Source: Eledone cirrhosa (Eukaryota). Taken from it: a DNA stretch of 64,000 nt. Shown in pieces: positions 48,593-62,148 of the stretch. The notes beneath the pieces were generated by a model. It was not told where the DNA came from and searched no databases. It was given only the letters and a program-made list of their open reading frames with translations. A program made the position numbers and the translations under genes. Every line of letters begins with the position of its first letter. Within the stretch, counting starts at the first letter, position 1. Location of the stretch: NCBI GenBank assembly GCA_964016885.1, contig OZ024740.1, positions 211,978,001 to 212,042,000 on the forward strand, read 5' to 3'.

Positions 48593-51500
48593 ATGACCTC
48601 ACTCAGAATAGGCAGCATAAATGCGCGTGGTTTGGGGTTGTCATGGAAGCAGGGCCACCTGCTCAACGACCTCAGGTTACTAAACATAGATGTAGTGGCC
48701 ATCAGCGAGACCAGAATCTCCGAAGCACGGGCCTTCGCACCGATCTTCGGCGGCTACGATGTGTTCGCATCTCCCAGCCGTCCGGGATCGAGGAGAGGAG
48801 TTGCTGTGCTTTTTCGGAGAGGTTTGGATCTCGTCATACGGGCCATCTTCCTGGACCCAGAAGATAAGCTGGTGGTGCTAGACATGACCAGCGGAGATGG
48901 GCAAGCTTTCAGGCTAGTGGCCGTCTATCCCCCGACAGGAGCAGGGCGGCCTGATTTCTTCCAGCGTCTGGAGACCTTTCTTGGAACGTCCCGCTCTTTA
49001 GTGTTAGTGGGCGACTGGAACGGGATCTTAGATGCACGCTGGGACTGTGTGGGATCAGCGGATAGGGGAGGACGGTGCAAAAGCCTCACCAACCTGCTCA
49101 GGCGTTTTAAACTATCTGACAAGTACCGATTGGATTTCCCGAATGTGCCAATGTGGACTTGGACAAATCTCATAGGGTCATCCAGATCATATCTAGATAG
49201 ATTATTTTGTAGGGAAATAGATAGGTCTAGCATAGGCTGTCCACAATTCAAGATAGTCAGCAACACGGACCACAAATTGGTGATATGTGTGTTTGACTAA
49301 GATAGGCTTCATAGACGAGGACCCGGCTACTGGAAGCTAAACGCGTCCTTACCAGCGCGCAAGGCCTACAGAGACCGGATTAGCGAACTAGTTAAGCGGG
49401 CGTTGACGGGGGCCATCGTCAACAACAAGTGGTGGTTTGCTCTGAAAAGAGCAATTAGAATAGAGTCCATTAGGTTTAGTAAGGCTTTAGCAATAGAGAA
49501 AAATAGAGCAGAGGGAGAATTAGTTACAATATTAGACGAGGCGCTTAGCAAAAGCATCGCGACCGACATACTTGCGGCGAAATTGGCCCTTGACCAATTC
49601 TTCAATGCAAAGCACGAAGGCTGCGTTGTCAGAGCTAGGGTGCGTGCTCTCAGAGACGAGGGGACGAAAGCCGTTCAATGGGCCCGAGTGGCGGAGGCGC
49701 GTCGTGGCAACAAAGCCACGATCCGGTCTTTGGTGGACCACGACGGGCGCATGCTACTCGATCCCGGGCATGGTGAAGCTTTTCAGCGACACTTCGCACA
49801 GCTGTTCGGGGCCAGCGGCGGGCCGGATCGAGGGATGGACTTTAGTGTCTACCTCGACGTACTGCCGGGGCTCTCGGCCACTGAGGCGGAGTGTTGCGAA
49901 AAGCAGATAACAGCCGCTGAAGTACGGGAGGCAATGACTGGCCGCACAAGGGGTAAATCGCCTGGTTTGGATGGTCTGCCCTATGAACTTTACGTACAGA
50001 TGCCAGACTTGTTCGGAGGCCTCTTGGCGGACGTCTACTGCAACTGGCAACAGAACGGGAGAACTCCCAGCTCTGTCAGCCGAGGAGCTGTGGCGCTGCT
50101 GAGAAAGGATCCGAACAAGGGGGATAACATAGATAATTTCAGGCCCATAACTTTGCTAAACACAGAGTTCAAGATTTTTGCCAAGGTGCTAGCAAAGAGG
50201 TTGGCGCTTGTCGTTGGTGGTATGGTGGGAGAGGCGCAGACGTGCGCCATTCCCGACAGATCCATCCCCGACAACCTCCACCTCATGCGATACATCGTAG
50301 AGAGGGTAGCTAGGGAACCTGGCACGGGTGGGTCCTTGATCAATTTAGATCAGTCGAAAGCTTTCGATAGGGTCGACCATCGTTACCTAGCGGCAGTCCT
50401 GAGGGCGGCTGGCTTTGGGCCCGTCTTTAGAGGCTGGATCTCTGCCATGCACAGCGACATCTGCTCTGTGGTGAGAGTGAACGGTCATCTTTCGGAACCG
50501 TTCAACATCATGCGCTCGGTCCGCCAAGGATGTCCCCTCTCGTCCCTCTTGTACGTATTGACTCTCAAGCCATTACTGCACAAACTGGAGACGTTGAGGG
50601 GGGTCCGGCGCGAACTAGGATGCGGAAGATCCGTGTCAGCATATGCGGACGATGTCACCGTAGTGTTGTCGAACGCCAAACACATCGAGGCGATCGGCAC
50701 TACACTATGAGAATACGAAGCGGTGACAGGAGCAATGATCAACCAGGAAAAGTCAGTGAGCCTGCAGCTCGGCACCTGGAGAGGCAGGTCCATGCCGTCC
50801 AACAGCGTCGTCGGGCGCTGGACGGACGAACCGGTTAAATTGCTAGGAGTCTGGTTCGGTCCGGACCTCCAGACGGACAAAAACTGGGACGAGGTGACGA
50901 GCAGGGTGGCTTTTCTCACCCAGAAATGGGCCGAGAGGAAGCTATCCCTGAAAGGTCGAGCGGAGTTGGCTAACGCGTACATCGCATCCGTCATCTACTA
51001 CCGCCTGACCGTCGTATCTTGTCCTAAGCCCCGCCTGACTGCGCTGGAGCGTTTGCTCTTTCGCTTTTTGTGGAAGGGACGCGCTCCGGTGGTCAGGCGG
51101 TCCATCTGCTGTCAACACCCGCTACGCGGAGGGCTGGGCATGCCGTGGCTGATGATGCGCAGACACGCGCTCAGGCTACGACATCTCCACCTCTTCCTCG
51201 ACGGTGATCAGGTGTGGTCGCCGTTTGCTAGACACGTCTTTCCCCAGCTCGTCTCCTTGACGGAGCTGCAGTCCTGGGTCAAGCGAACACCGAGAGGGAG
51301 CGCTTGGAGACTGGAATGTCTTCAGGCGCTCACAGCCCTCGACCAATCGGGCGTGATGTACGCGTGATGTACGCCTGATCTTCGTGCCCTGTCCTAAGAC
51401 TCGTCTGACTGCACTAGATCGTTTGTTCTTTCGTTTTTGTGGAAGGGATGCGGTTCCATCTGCTGTCAACACCTGCTACGTGGAGACTACGTCATCTCCA

Positions 51501-52329
51501 GATTTTCCTCGACGGTGAGCATGTGAGGTTTCCTTTCGCTTGGCACGTTTTTCTTCAACTCATCTCCTTGAAGGAGCTGCAGTTCTGGGTCAAGCGGAAA
51601 CCGAGAGCAAGCGCTTGGAAATTGGAATGTCTCCAAACGCTCACTGCCCTTTGCCAATCGGGCTTTGGGATCGGTGGAAACTCCACCTTGGCTTTCTATA
51701 GAATGTTAGTGGAGGGCAAGAGCGGCGGCGACGTCCTTTGGGAAAGTCTTGGTGCCGACGAAATCCAACTAGCTATTACCTTCCAGAGGACTTTCAGTCC
51801 AGGGCCAATGGATACCTTGCAGAAATCCCTGACCTGACAGTGCTACCGGGGAACGTTGCCAGTTCGAGATAAACTTTACAGGCATAGAAGTGCCGTCAGC
51901 CGGGCCTGTCCGAGATGCGCATGGGACGACGAAACAGTCTAACACGCACTCGTCCAGTATCCGTGTATCGTTGACATGTGGGTTTATGTTAGACATCTGC
52001 TGTCGCGTGTAGTGTGGATCAGGCTATTAGCTGAGTCCATCATGAAGATTACCCCACCGCCCTCCTTTAACCAGGAAGGGCAAGCAGTTTTATCTGCCCG
52101 GTGGCTATGGTGAAAGGGGTTGTATGGTGGACGCGTCTGAAAGGGTTGAAGAGGACACTTTCCTCTTCGGCGACGCTCTCATTAACGTTTTCAGTTTTTA
52201 CCTGAAAAGGAAAATCAGGGTGGAAAGGGAAGTGTAGCTTTCCAGCCAGTTTGTTGAAAGGGGTGGGTAGGAGTGAGAGAAGCAAGAATGGCCCGTGTGA
52301 ATGCGCCTACTCGGAGCGTGTGCCTGTAG
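48593..52329 (+). pseudogene. LINE ORF2 (APE-RT), element B
   Basis: INARGL, SETR, GDWN, TDHK, FRPITLLN, DQSKAFDRV, RQGCPLS and YADD; stops at ~49298 and ~50708, many lesions after 51367. Confidence 0.9.
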
Positions 52330-52618
52330 TATTGAGGGAGGACAACTGGGAGAGGGCGCTTGCCCTAGCAGCCATGGTGACCGTGGCTTTTTGCGGGCTT
52401 TCTCCACGAGTAATCCTTGGAGTCCCCTCACTTTTGGGGAATTTGTTTTTTTTTTGTTTATTTTCTTAATCACTTTTATAAATTTTATTTTACACAAAAA
52501 CCCACACTGTATCTTCCTGTACCGTATTTAATGTTTCCTTAATGTGAGCCCTGTATGGCTAATAAAAAAAGCATTCTTATTATTATTATCATTATTATTA
52601 ATAGTAGTAGTAGTATAA

Positions 52619-52812
52619 GGGCGGTGGATTAGCAGTATCGGTAGAGCGTCAGACACCATGCTTTTGCAGCATAGAGTTATGGCCCTTTACGTTCTGAGTT
52701 TAAATCCTGCTGAGGTCGATAAAATAAAGTACCAGTCACGCACTGGGGTCGATTTAATCGACTTTCCCTGCCCCTAAAATTGCTGGCCTTGTACCTAAAT
52801 CAGAAATCATTA
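52619..52812 (+). mobile_element. tRNA-derived SINE variant
   Basis: GGCGGTGGATTAGCAGTATCGGTAGAGC...GTCGATAAAATAAAGTACCAG...GGCCTTGTACCTAAATCAGAAATCATT. Confidence 0.85.
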
Positions 52813-53374
52813 TTATTATTGCTGTCTCAGCAACATCAATCTTACTTGTTTTGAAAATTGTTTGTAGTTGGTGTCAAGTTCGATCGTTACAATCCTTTAA
52901 AAATTGTTTGTAGTTGGTAATTAAATTGGTGGATTCTTCATTTCTACTCCAACCAAATTGGTGAACTTACAAAGTTATGATATAAAAAAAAACAATAAAA
53001 TAACATGTCCTTTATCTACTTCTTAACAAAGTTGACGATTTCTGAAATTATAAGATATGTATTTGAGTACATATTAAATTGAAATTACTACAATGATTCT
53101 ACTCTCAAACACTGCAATTCATTATGCTCAACTTGACACTATTGAAATTCCATAGTTGTAGAAAACTAGGGCAGAATAATTACTCCGAAATATAATTCTT
53201 ATTTCATCATATTATTGTTGGAATTATTTTATCATTAATTATTATTGTCATAATTTATACCATAAATGTAATACTTCTTTATATACAATATGAGAGAGAG
53301 GGGTAGATAGAGATAAAGAGAGAGAGAAAGAGAGAGAGAGTGAGAGGGAGCGTGTGAGAAAGAGAGAGAGAAAC

Positions 53375-53995
53375 AATAACATCCTTATTAGGCTGGGGGA
53401 GTAAACTGCTGATTAAATGTTTGCATTGTCCTTGGATTTTAAATGTGAAATAACCATAGCCAGTATGATCTTTTTCAGCTCCAAAGGACGTCATCTGAAA
53501 TGCAACAATATACCGAATAACATTGCTCCTGAGGTGTTTAGCTTCGTTAGTACGGTCTGTAAGTAGTATATGGATAAAAGCTGGAGGATCCTCTATCAGT
53601 GGAGGTCTGACCTTTCCTCCTAAGTAACATGCCAAGTGTAATATCCATGCTACCAATCGCAACTTTAGGATCATTTCTATAATTTCTCGATGGATCATAT
53701 GAAAACGCAGCTCTTAGCCAGTTTATTCTGCCTTGAAGAGTCCTTTGTGCCCGCCGTGTTTGTATCGCAACTCTCATTGCCTCTTGGTGATTTTCATATT
53801 CAGCCTCTGTTTGTTGAGGTTGTCTTTATTCTTGCCTTAATCTTTCTGTTTCCCGTCTCAAGTTCTGTTCACTTTCAGAAAGTTGCGATCGTCTTTCTGT
53901 TTCCCGTCTCTGAGTTTCTCTTTCGCTTGGAGATTTCAACCGTTTGGCTGACATTGTAACTACAGCGATAGATGAGCGGTATTTTGGTGACATGA
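53375..53995 (-). mobile_element. Helitron Rep-helicase N-terminal fragment 1
   Basis: AAFSYDP...IGSM, GGKVRPP and AFQMTSFGA...TFKIQGQCKHLISSLLP, with an Arg/Glu-rich repeat upstream. Confidence 0.8.
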
Positions 53996-54479
53996 TGAAA
54001 TTAATTTTCTTGGAAAATATCGTGAAAAAACGAACAAACAATACAAATCAATATAAAAAAATAGATATAAATGCAAATCGCAGCCTTAGAGAATAGGTTG
54101 ACACTGTCATCTGAATTAGGTCAATAATAATTATTTCTACTTTTGGCACAAGGCCAGCAATTACCCAGTGCATTACTGGTACTTTATTAGGTCAATAATA
54201 ATATGACACTATCGTCAAAAAGAAAAATTAATATACACCGTAGATTAATTTCAAATAGAATCAATTTTTTCTGTGTTCTGTAAAATAGGTTTGTGTTGTA
54301 GTTAGTATCACCTAACTTTCAATGACTGCTGTAAAACGACAAACCTACTGATACTTTGATCTATTGTGTGACGACACACACACACACACTGACACACCCA
54401 CACAAATCTTCACTGACTCAATTAGAGATGCTGTTCGCGAAACAAAGAACGCGCAGACATCCCTCTCTGTCTCTCTGTC

Positions 54480-54535
<56 letters not shown>

Positions 54536-54787
54536 ATATATATTTGTGAAATGGGTGGTGGTTGAAATTCAGATGTGAACGGTTAAATGGTAGTAGACGT
54601 GGTCGGACGGACATGAAAATTTACACACCTAACTTGAAAAATGTGGCCCCTAGAGCCCCAAACGGTCTATTTACTATCGCGTTCGGTGAGTTATTTCCCC
54701 TTGTTCTATTACTTGGATTAGTTATTTACAATTTCATACACATTTTTAAACTCATCAACGTTCTTTCGCTGTTAACATACAGTACCA

Positions 54788-55395
54788 ATAATTTGAAAAA
54801 TATTATTGAAAGTTTATTATAAAGAAGCAGTTTCAGGAAAAAATATAGAAATATGCACTTGGGGCTGGACGGCGTACAATGAGAAGTGGAGCGACGTGAA
54901 AAGCGTTGTTTATTAACAGCGAAATAGCAATGTCGATGATATGCAAGTTTGAAAATGCAGACTAATAAACTGTTGCCTTCTACAGTACGTTTCATTATCA
55001 TTTTTATGCATTTTTAAACTTGCATATCATCGACATTTCTATTTCGCTGTTAATAAACTATCATCCGTCTACATTTACCGATCATACAGTACCGTTTTAT
55101 GAAATCGATTCTGCAGTACGGTCACTGTTTTCCATCAAAAAAATAAAACCCTTAAATTGCGAAGAAGGAACGCGGTTTTTATTTTAATTCTAATACATGT
55201 TAACCACCACTAACAGTAAGTAGTATTTTTCAAATTGCATATCATCGACATTGCTATTTCGCTGTTAATAAACAACGCTTTTCACGTCGCTCCACTTCTC
55301 ATTGTACGCCGTCCAGCCCCAAGTGCATATTTCTATTATTTTTACCTGAAACTGCTTCTTTATAATAAACTTTCAATAATATTTTTCAAATTATT
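54788..55395. repeat. Fold-back element with ~170-bp inverted arms and an internal partial third copy
   Basis: 54788-54956 versus 55225-55395 are near-perfect reverse complements; a partial arm recurs at ~55011-55058. Confidence 0.85.
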
Positions 55396-55424
55396 AACTT
55401 AATAAAAAGTGGCCTCAGCTGCTA

Positions 55425-55489
<65 letters not shown>

Positions 55490-55490
<1 letters not shown>

Positions 55491-56800
55491 AAACACATCA
55501 ACTGCAAATTGCTGGAAGAGGTCGCGTGAACGATGAAGAATTTTGATGTCTTGCTCTCTTAATATGAAAAGGTAATCATAGAATTCCATGCAGCTTACTA
55601 TTTTTGTCAGTGCAGGAACTCTTCTGTTAAGACCTGTTTCTTTTATACCAAAGTGATATCTATCTTGGCCAAATACACAGATTAATGGATACTGGAGTGC
55701 ACCATATGATCAGTGGGTTACATTTATCCGTTGCATCTTATTTCCTCTTCCTTAAATAATATCTCTCTTCCCATACTCATCGCCTGTAATAATTGCTGCT
55801 ACTTCATTTGCAGCAGGCGCATTGTAGCAGCCTCAGAGTTCAGCAACAGGCTTTATGTCTGCATCAATAACTATCTTATATTCAGTGAGCAGTGCAGGTT
55901 ATAATGCATATTTGAAGTTTTTGATGTAGCTATTGTTTGCATGCAACATATCTTGCAAATCAAAGATTAACTCGTCTTTCAAATTTGGAAGGTTAAATGA
56001 TCGTTGCAAAGCCTGCCCCTTGTAATTTGCCACAAATTATAGCTGTAAAAACTGAGGATTTTTGCCATCAGTTGGTAACAAAGATCCAATACAATGGTAT
56101 AGTTGACCTTGAACTTTAAAAGTTGGCTTCATGTTCCCTTCTCTTAAAATATTACTACCAAAGGAGGTCATTTGGAAAGCAGAATTATAATTCGTAATGT
56201 TTTCAAGGAGTGCATGCTCCTTGATGTGTTTCCCAAAACAATAGCTTCAAAGTATCTGTTCCTCCATCACAACACATAGTGGTGGTTTCTCTTTCCCATT
56301 TCTTTCCTTTACAAAAACTGCACTCTTTTGACATTGCTCCAATATCAATCAATATCTCTGTAGAATAATCATGTTTTGGATCATAGTTGAAAGTTGAACC
56401 TTTCCAACTCCCCTTGAAAGGTGTAACTCTTTTGTGAAACTTATTCAGCCTATTTTGATCAAGACGCTTACGTCTCTCCTCTGAGGATCGGCGAAGTCTT
56501 GCAGCAACTGTTTGCTCCTGGTTTTTTCGTTGTCTAATCTCTCGCTGACCTATTGTCTCATTGGCATCCTTTAAACTTTTTTCTCTTTCCTCTTTTGACT
56601 CTTGGTTCTTGGCTCCGGCGGATTGCATTTTTCTGGCGTAATTATTCTAACTATTTTTCCCTTGCCTCGTGTGATTCATTGGCCCTGCATGCAGCATCTC
56701 TCCTCTGGTCGTTTTCATGTCTTTGCTTTCGTTGATGCATGGGTCTCTAGTGACCTTTCTCTGGCTAACTGTACTCGTCTTTGCTTCACTGTAGTATACT
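55490..56800 (-). mobile_element. Helitron Rep-helicase N-terminal fragment 2
   Basis: FNYDP...IDIGAMSKECSFCKGKKWERETTTMCCDGG; YNSAFQMTSFG...PTFKVQGQLYHCIGSLLP; SYGALQYPLI. Confidence 0.85.
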
Positions 56801-57369
56801 GATCATCTACATCTACCCCGTCTCCTCTTGAAAAGAGTGAGAACATTTTTCACGAAAACTGTTTTAAAAATTAAAATGGGGATTAAATGGAAAATTGAGT
56901 GAAAGTTACGTGAATATCTTCAGAATAGTGATTGAAATAAATGGCGATTTATTCTCTCTCTTTCACTCAATCTCTATCTCTTGGTCTCTCTCTTAACAAA
57001 GCCAGTGAAGTTCATGATGTTTTCTTGGTAACAAACAAATAACGTACATAATTCCTGTCTATTTTTCGTATAGCTCCGGCGTGAGTTATTTTCAATAAAT
57101 TAATAATATGGCGGTTTGGTGTCATCGTGGTTCATTTAGATATATTCATTTAGATATATTCATTTTCTGCGTGATCAAGGAACTATCATATCATCATCAT
57201 CTTATTGAACACTCACTTACCTGCACACATGCAACCTCTGGTCACACTGTGTCACACAACAGTGACCACACGATACAGCAAGCTACAAGTGAGCACGCTC
57301 GCAACAAACGAATCAATACCACAACACAATCAACTACCAGCACGATCATCCAAATAATCTACTAATATA

Positions 57370-57560
57370 TAATTGTTTCTACTTTTGGCACAAGGCCATC
57401 AATCATCCCAGTGCATTACTGGTACTTTATTTTATCGACCCCGTAAGGATGAAAGGCAAAGTTAAACTAGTCGGGATTTGAACTCAGACCGTAAAGGGAC
57501 ATAACTCTATGCTGCAAAGCATGGCGTCCGACCCTCTACCGATACTGGCAATCCACCGCC
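57370..57560 (-). mobile_element. tRNA-derived SINE (other copies: 54128-54188 partial -, 59367-59553 -, 59572-59748 -, 62927-63004 partial +, 63013-63205 +)
   Basis: Same head, core and tail as the other copies. Confidence 0.88.
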
Positions 57561-58135
57561 TTTATAATCTATAATATATAATGCTCTCGTGTTTTTGTAC
57601 GTCACGCAAAGAGAGGTAACTCATCTGTTTCAGTATTTGAATATGAATACATACATATACATAAACATATACATTATACAAAATAATGATTACATACACA
57701 CACATCTATGTGATGAGTGTGGAAGGAAGAGGACTGTGACAAACTATAGAAAACAGAGAACAGCGTTCGCTACACCTGTGTTACTCATACATATAAATGT
57801 ATATACACACACACACACATACTCACACACATATGTGTGTGCATGTGATGGTTATTTTCTCTGAGTCTGTTTATGTGTATGATTGTGTAGATGTGTGTGT
57901 ATGTAATAATTATTTTTAACTATCGTTCTTAGATTGGCTACACCTTTGTGAGTGTGTATGTGTATGTGAGTGTTTGTGTGTGAGTGTTTGTGTGGATGTG
58001 TTGTCCAAGGAGCCAAGTCTCTAACAATATCGAAATAAATTAGAATTATCAAGAATATAAAACGTCCGCAGTTGAAAGGTGTATACAAATACACATCTAC
58101 CCTTTAGCACGGCACAGGGCCAGATAGCCGTTATA

Positions 58136-59330
58136 TCTTAACTATAATAAAGTAAGGAGTGCGGGACTGCGTACGGTTTATTTCTTTTTATCCCGTTTGT
58201 AAAATAAGTTGGATTACTTTGAATAAATAATGAATGAATATTACATAATTTATGTACTAAATTTTTATTAAATTTAATATAAATGATTTTATTGCTTATT
58301 TAAAATTGACTTCTTTTCAAAATTTCAAATTTCTACACTTCTGGTATATCGCCGCCACGCCCACCACTTCAACTACCATATATATAGAAAGAGAGAGTGT
58401 GTGATGAGAGAGATACAGATAGAGCGATTACGATTTTCAGCACGCTGACGCGTATGTATATGTACATACATACATTTATATGTATGAGTATATAACTATT
58501 ATGAGTATATAACTATAATCGCGCAAACACAAACTTATAAAACTTATACACGCTCAAGAACATACATTCACACAAATACACATATTTTCACACACATACA
58601 TTTAAACAAACACACACATACAAACATGATAGCAGCGTTCGATGAATTGGAAATGGGAGGGTAAAACAAGTATAACGTTCTACTTATTTATTAACAACAC
58701 AGTTTAACTCTTTTTTTAAAACTCATTTGTATAAAAATCTAAACTATAATAAAGTAAGGTCTGCGGGACTGCGTACGGTTTATTTCTTTTAATCCAGTTA
58801 GTAAAATAAGTTGGATTACTTTGAATAAATAATGAATGAATATTACGTAATTTACGCCCTAAATTTCGAAACTAAATTTCGTAACTATAAATAATTTAAA
58901 ATTGACTTCTTTTCAAATTTTCATTCACATTTCTACACTTCCCGTGTATCGTTGCCACCACCACCACTTCAACTACCATATATATAGAAAGAGAGAGTGT
59001 GTGATGAGAGAGATAGAGAGATTATGATTTTCTACACGCTGACGCGTATGAGTGTGCACATACATACAACTATATGTTTGAGTATATAACTATTATGAGT
59101 ATATAAGTATAATCGCGCAAACACAAACTTATAAAAATAGACGCTCACGGACATTCACGCAAATACACATACTTTCACACATACTTTCACACAAACATAC
59201 ACACATTTACATAAACACACACACATACATTCATGATAGCAGCGTTCGGTGAATTGGAAAACAAGTATAACGTTTTATTTATTTATTAACTCTTTATTTA
59301 TTTATTAACTCTTTTTTTAAAAACTCATTT
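58136..59330 (+). repeat. Tandem pair of ~600-bp units with Helitron-like 5' starts
   Basis: A|TCTTAACTATAATAAAGTAAGG at 58136 and A|TCTAAACTATAATAAAGTAAGG at 58738; units are collinear. Confidence 0.75.
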
Positions 59331-59869
59331 AATATAATGGTTACAGAACGAAAACACTAACAAATATAATTGTTTCTACTTTTGGCACAAGGCCAGCAAT
59401 TATCCCAGTGTATTACTGGTAATTTATTTTATCGACCCCGTAAGGATGAAAGGCAGAGTTAACCCCGGTTGGATTTGAACTCAGATCGTAAAGGGCCGTA
59501 ACTCTATGCTGCAAAGCATGCATCCGACCCTCTACCGATACTGCCAATCCACCATAATAATAATTGTTTTAATAATTGTTTCTACTTTTGGCACAAGGCC
59601 AGCAATTATCCAGTGCATTACTGGTACTTTATTTTATCGGCCCCGTAAGGATGAAAGGCAAAGTTAACCTCGACGGGATTTGAACTCAGACCGTAAAGGG
59701 ACGTAACTATGTTGTAAAGTATGGCGTCCGACCTTCTACTGATACTGCTTATTCAATATAATATATACAAATGAAAGGGAAAGGAAAAAAAACGAGAAAA
59801 ATACACAAGCAGGTAATACACACATCTTAGACCACATAGAACAAAATGCAGGCGAAAGAGTGGACAAAA

Positions 59870-60330
59870 GAGCCACTAGCAGAGCAAAATATAGCAATAT
59901 AGCGAGGAGCACTGGGAAACTTCTCTAATAATTTCTGAGGAAGCCAGCACGCTCGCAGCGTTACCTGGGGTGATGGCGACGCTGAGGTACTGGAACAACC
60001 AAGTGCCCTCACAAGCATCACCAGTTACCTCTGTTTGGTGAGCCACCAGTGAAGATAAGAACATCACTGTCAGTAGCCCGACTCCCCCAAACGTCTCGAA
60101 CGCCACAGGCTGGATAATGTAGTTAGCGGAGAGAACACGGTATTTTAGGATGTTGTTCCGTTCAGCTGCGGAAGCTGTAGCTCTCGCCCTTACCGTTGCA
60201 TCCAGGATATGGGAAGAAGCAAAAGAGTCACTAACTGTGACGTCCCAGGTAAGACACCTGCCTCTTGACCAGAGTAAGACCGTCAAGTCTTTTCCCATCA
60301 ATTCAGGACAACCCAGACGGTTCCAAAATT
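59870..60330 (-). mobile_element. CRE-clade-like RLE 3' fragment (second copy 61515-61975)
   Basis: WSRGRCLTWDVTVSDSFASS...AAERNNILKY...QPVAFETFGGVG...LSVAITPGNAASVL. Confidence 0.78.
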
Positions 60331-60554
60331 GAGGGGATGTTTGCTCGGGCCAAAGTTCTTAAGTGGTAATAGGACAGTGTGTGTATGTGCGCGCGCGTGA
60401 TTTTGTCGGCGTTCTTAAATTAGAGACACGTGTATGTGTCACTGTTTTTAAATTATACATATATATATATATGTGTATCCCTTTCCTTCCTTTTACACAC
60501 ACATACATTCACACAAACACACATACATATCGCGTGATGGACGGGTGGACAGAA

Positions 60555-61230
60555 GTCCCTCAAATTTATATACATGTGAAAGGAGTTCTACTGAAGAAGT
60601 TCGAGAAATGTAAGTATCTTGGAACCGTGTTCATGAGTGATGGAAGGCAGGAGGCTTAATTAAGTGCAAGAATTTTAAAAGCTGATGCAGTAATGCGCCA
60701 GCCTCAGCATTCAGCAATCAGATGAAGGGGGGGGGGGGGTAGGTGTAAAAGCCAAACTCGCTGTCTTCCTGGTATTCCTGCCAACTCTTACCGGGGATCA
60801 TGACTCTTGAGTAATGACCAAAATAATACAATTGCAAATAAAAGCGGCAGAAATGGGATTCCTCCGAAGGGTCCTTGGAGTAACCTTACTCGATAAAGTG
60901 CATAGTTCAGGGACCAGAGAGTCACTCCTGGTAGAGCCGCTACTTCTCCGAATTGAGAGATCACAACTTCGATATTATGACCATGTGGTTAGAATGTCTC
61001 AGTAAAGAATCGCTGGACAGATTTTACAGGCAAAACCAACCGGCAAGAGACCCAGGGGTAGACTCTGAGCAAGATAGTTGGATAACAACCATGAGCTTGG
61101 CTGGTTACGCTTTAGGATCCAGCTGGATCAGTTAGAGATGTTTGCTACTGACAGACTTGCTGGAAGGAGTGTTTGAGAAGGACTCTGCCCCCACGACCCT
61201 CTCAGAAATAAGTGGGTGAAGAAGAAGATA
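60555..61230 (+). mobile_element. RTE-type (Rex3/Expander-like) LINE 3' fragment (second, internally deleted copy 62265-62730)
   Basis: EKFKYLGAVFVSDGRQEAE (second copy) and IKAAEMGFLRRVLGVTLLDKV...LLLRIERSQLRYYDHVVRM. Confidence 0.8.
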
Positions 61231-62071
61231 TTGTCAATTTACTTTTCAATTTACATATATCTATATGCATATATATTTGCGTATAATACCAATATGCACA
61301 CTACATATGCTAGCAGAAAACCACATGAAGGGCGGTTTTTCTGCTAGTTTAATATAATGGTTACAGAACGAAAACACTGACAAATATAATATATACAAAG
61401 GAAAGGGAAAAAGAAAAAAAGAAAGAGCCAAAAATACACAAACACGTAATACACACATCTTAGACCACATAGCCCACATAGAACAAAATGCAGGCGAAAG
61501 GGCTGGACAAACGAGCCGCTACCAGAGCAAAAGATAACAATATAGCGAGGAGCACTGGGAAACCTCTCTATTAATTTTTGAGGAAGCCAGCACGCTTGCA
61601 GCGTTACCCGAGGTGATGGCGAGGCTGAGGTGCTGGAACAACCAAGTGCCCTCACGAGCATCACTAGTTACCTCTGTTTGTCGAGCCGCCAATGAAGATA
61701 AGAACCTCGCTGTCAGTAGCCCGACTCCCCCAAACATCTTGAACGTCACAGGCTGGATAATGTAGTTAGCGGAGAGAACACGGTATTTTAGGATTTTGTT
61801 CTGTTCAGCTGCGGATGCTGTAGCTCTCGCCCTTACCGCTGCATCCAGGATGTGGGAAGAAGCAAAAGAGTCACTAACTGTGACGTCCCAGGTAAGACAC
61901 CTGCCTCTTGACCAGGAGCACAGAGTAAGACCGTCAAGTCTTTTCCCATCTGGACAACCCAGACGGTTCCAAAATTGAAGGGATGTTTGCTCGGGCCAAA
62001 GCTCCTAAGTGTTAATAGAACAGTGAGTGTATGTGCGCGCGCGTGATTTTGTCGGCGTTCTTAAATTAGAG

Positions 62072-62148
<77 letters not shown>

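Larger units (their letters stand above)
46411..52575 (+). mobile_element. Near full-length Tx1/L1-type LINE, element B (disrupted, composite 3' end)
   Basis: Same organisation as element A with divergent ORF1 and closely related ORF2; flanked by (ATT)n. Confidence 0.93.

Noticed and set aside
39658-52575. Active autonomous LINEs or an LTR/retroviral element
   Set aside because: Both ORF2s have stops or frameshifts; APE-RT order with no LTRs, protease or integrase.
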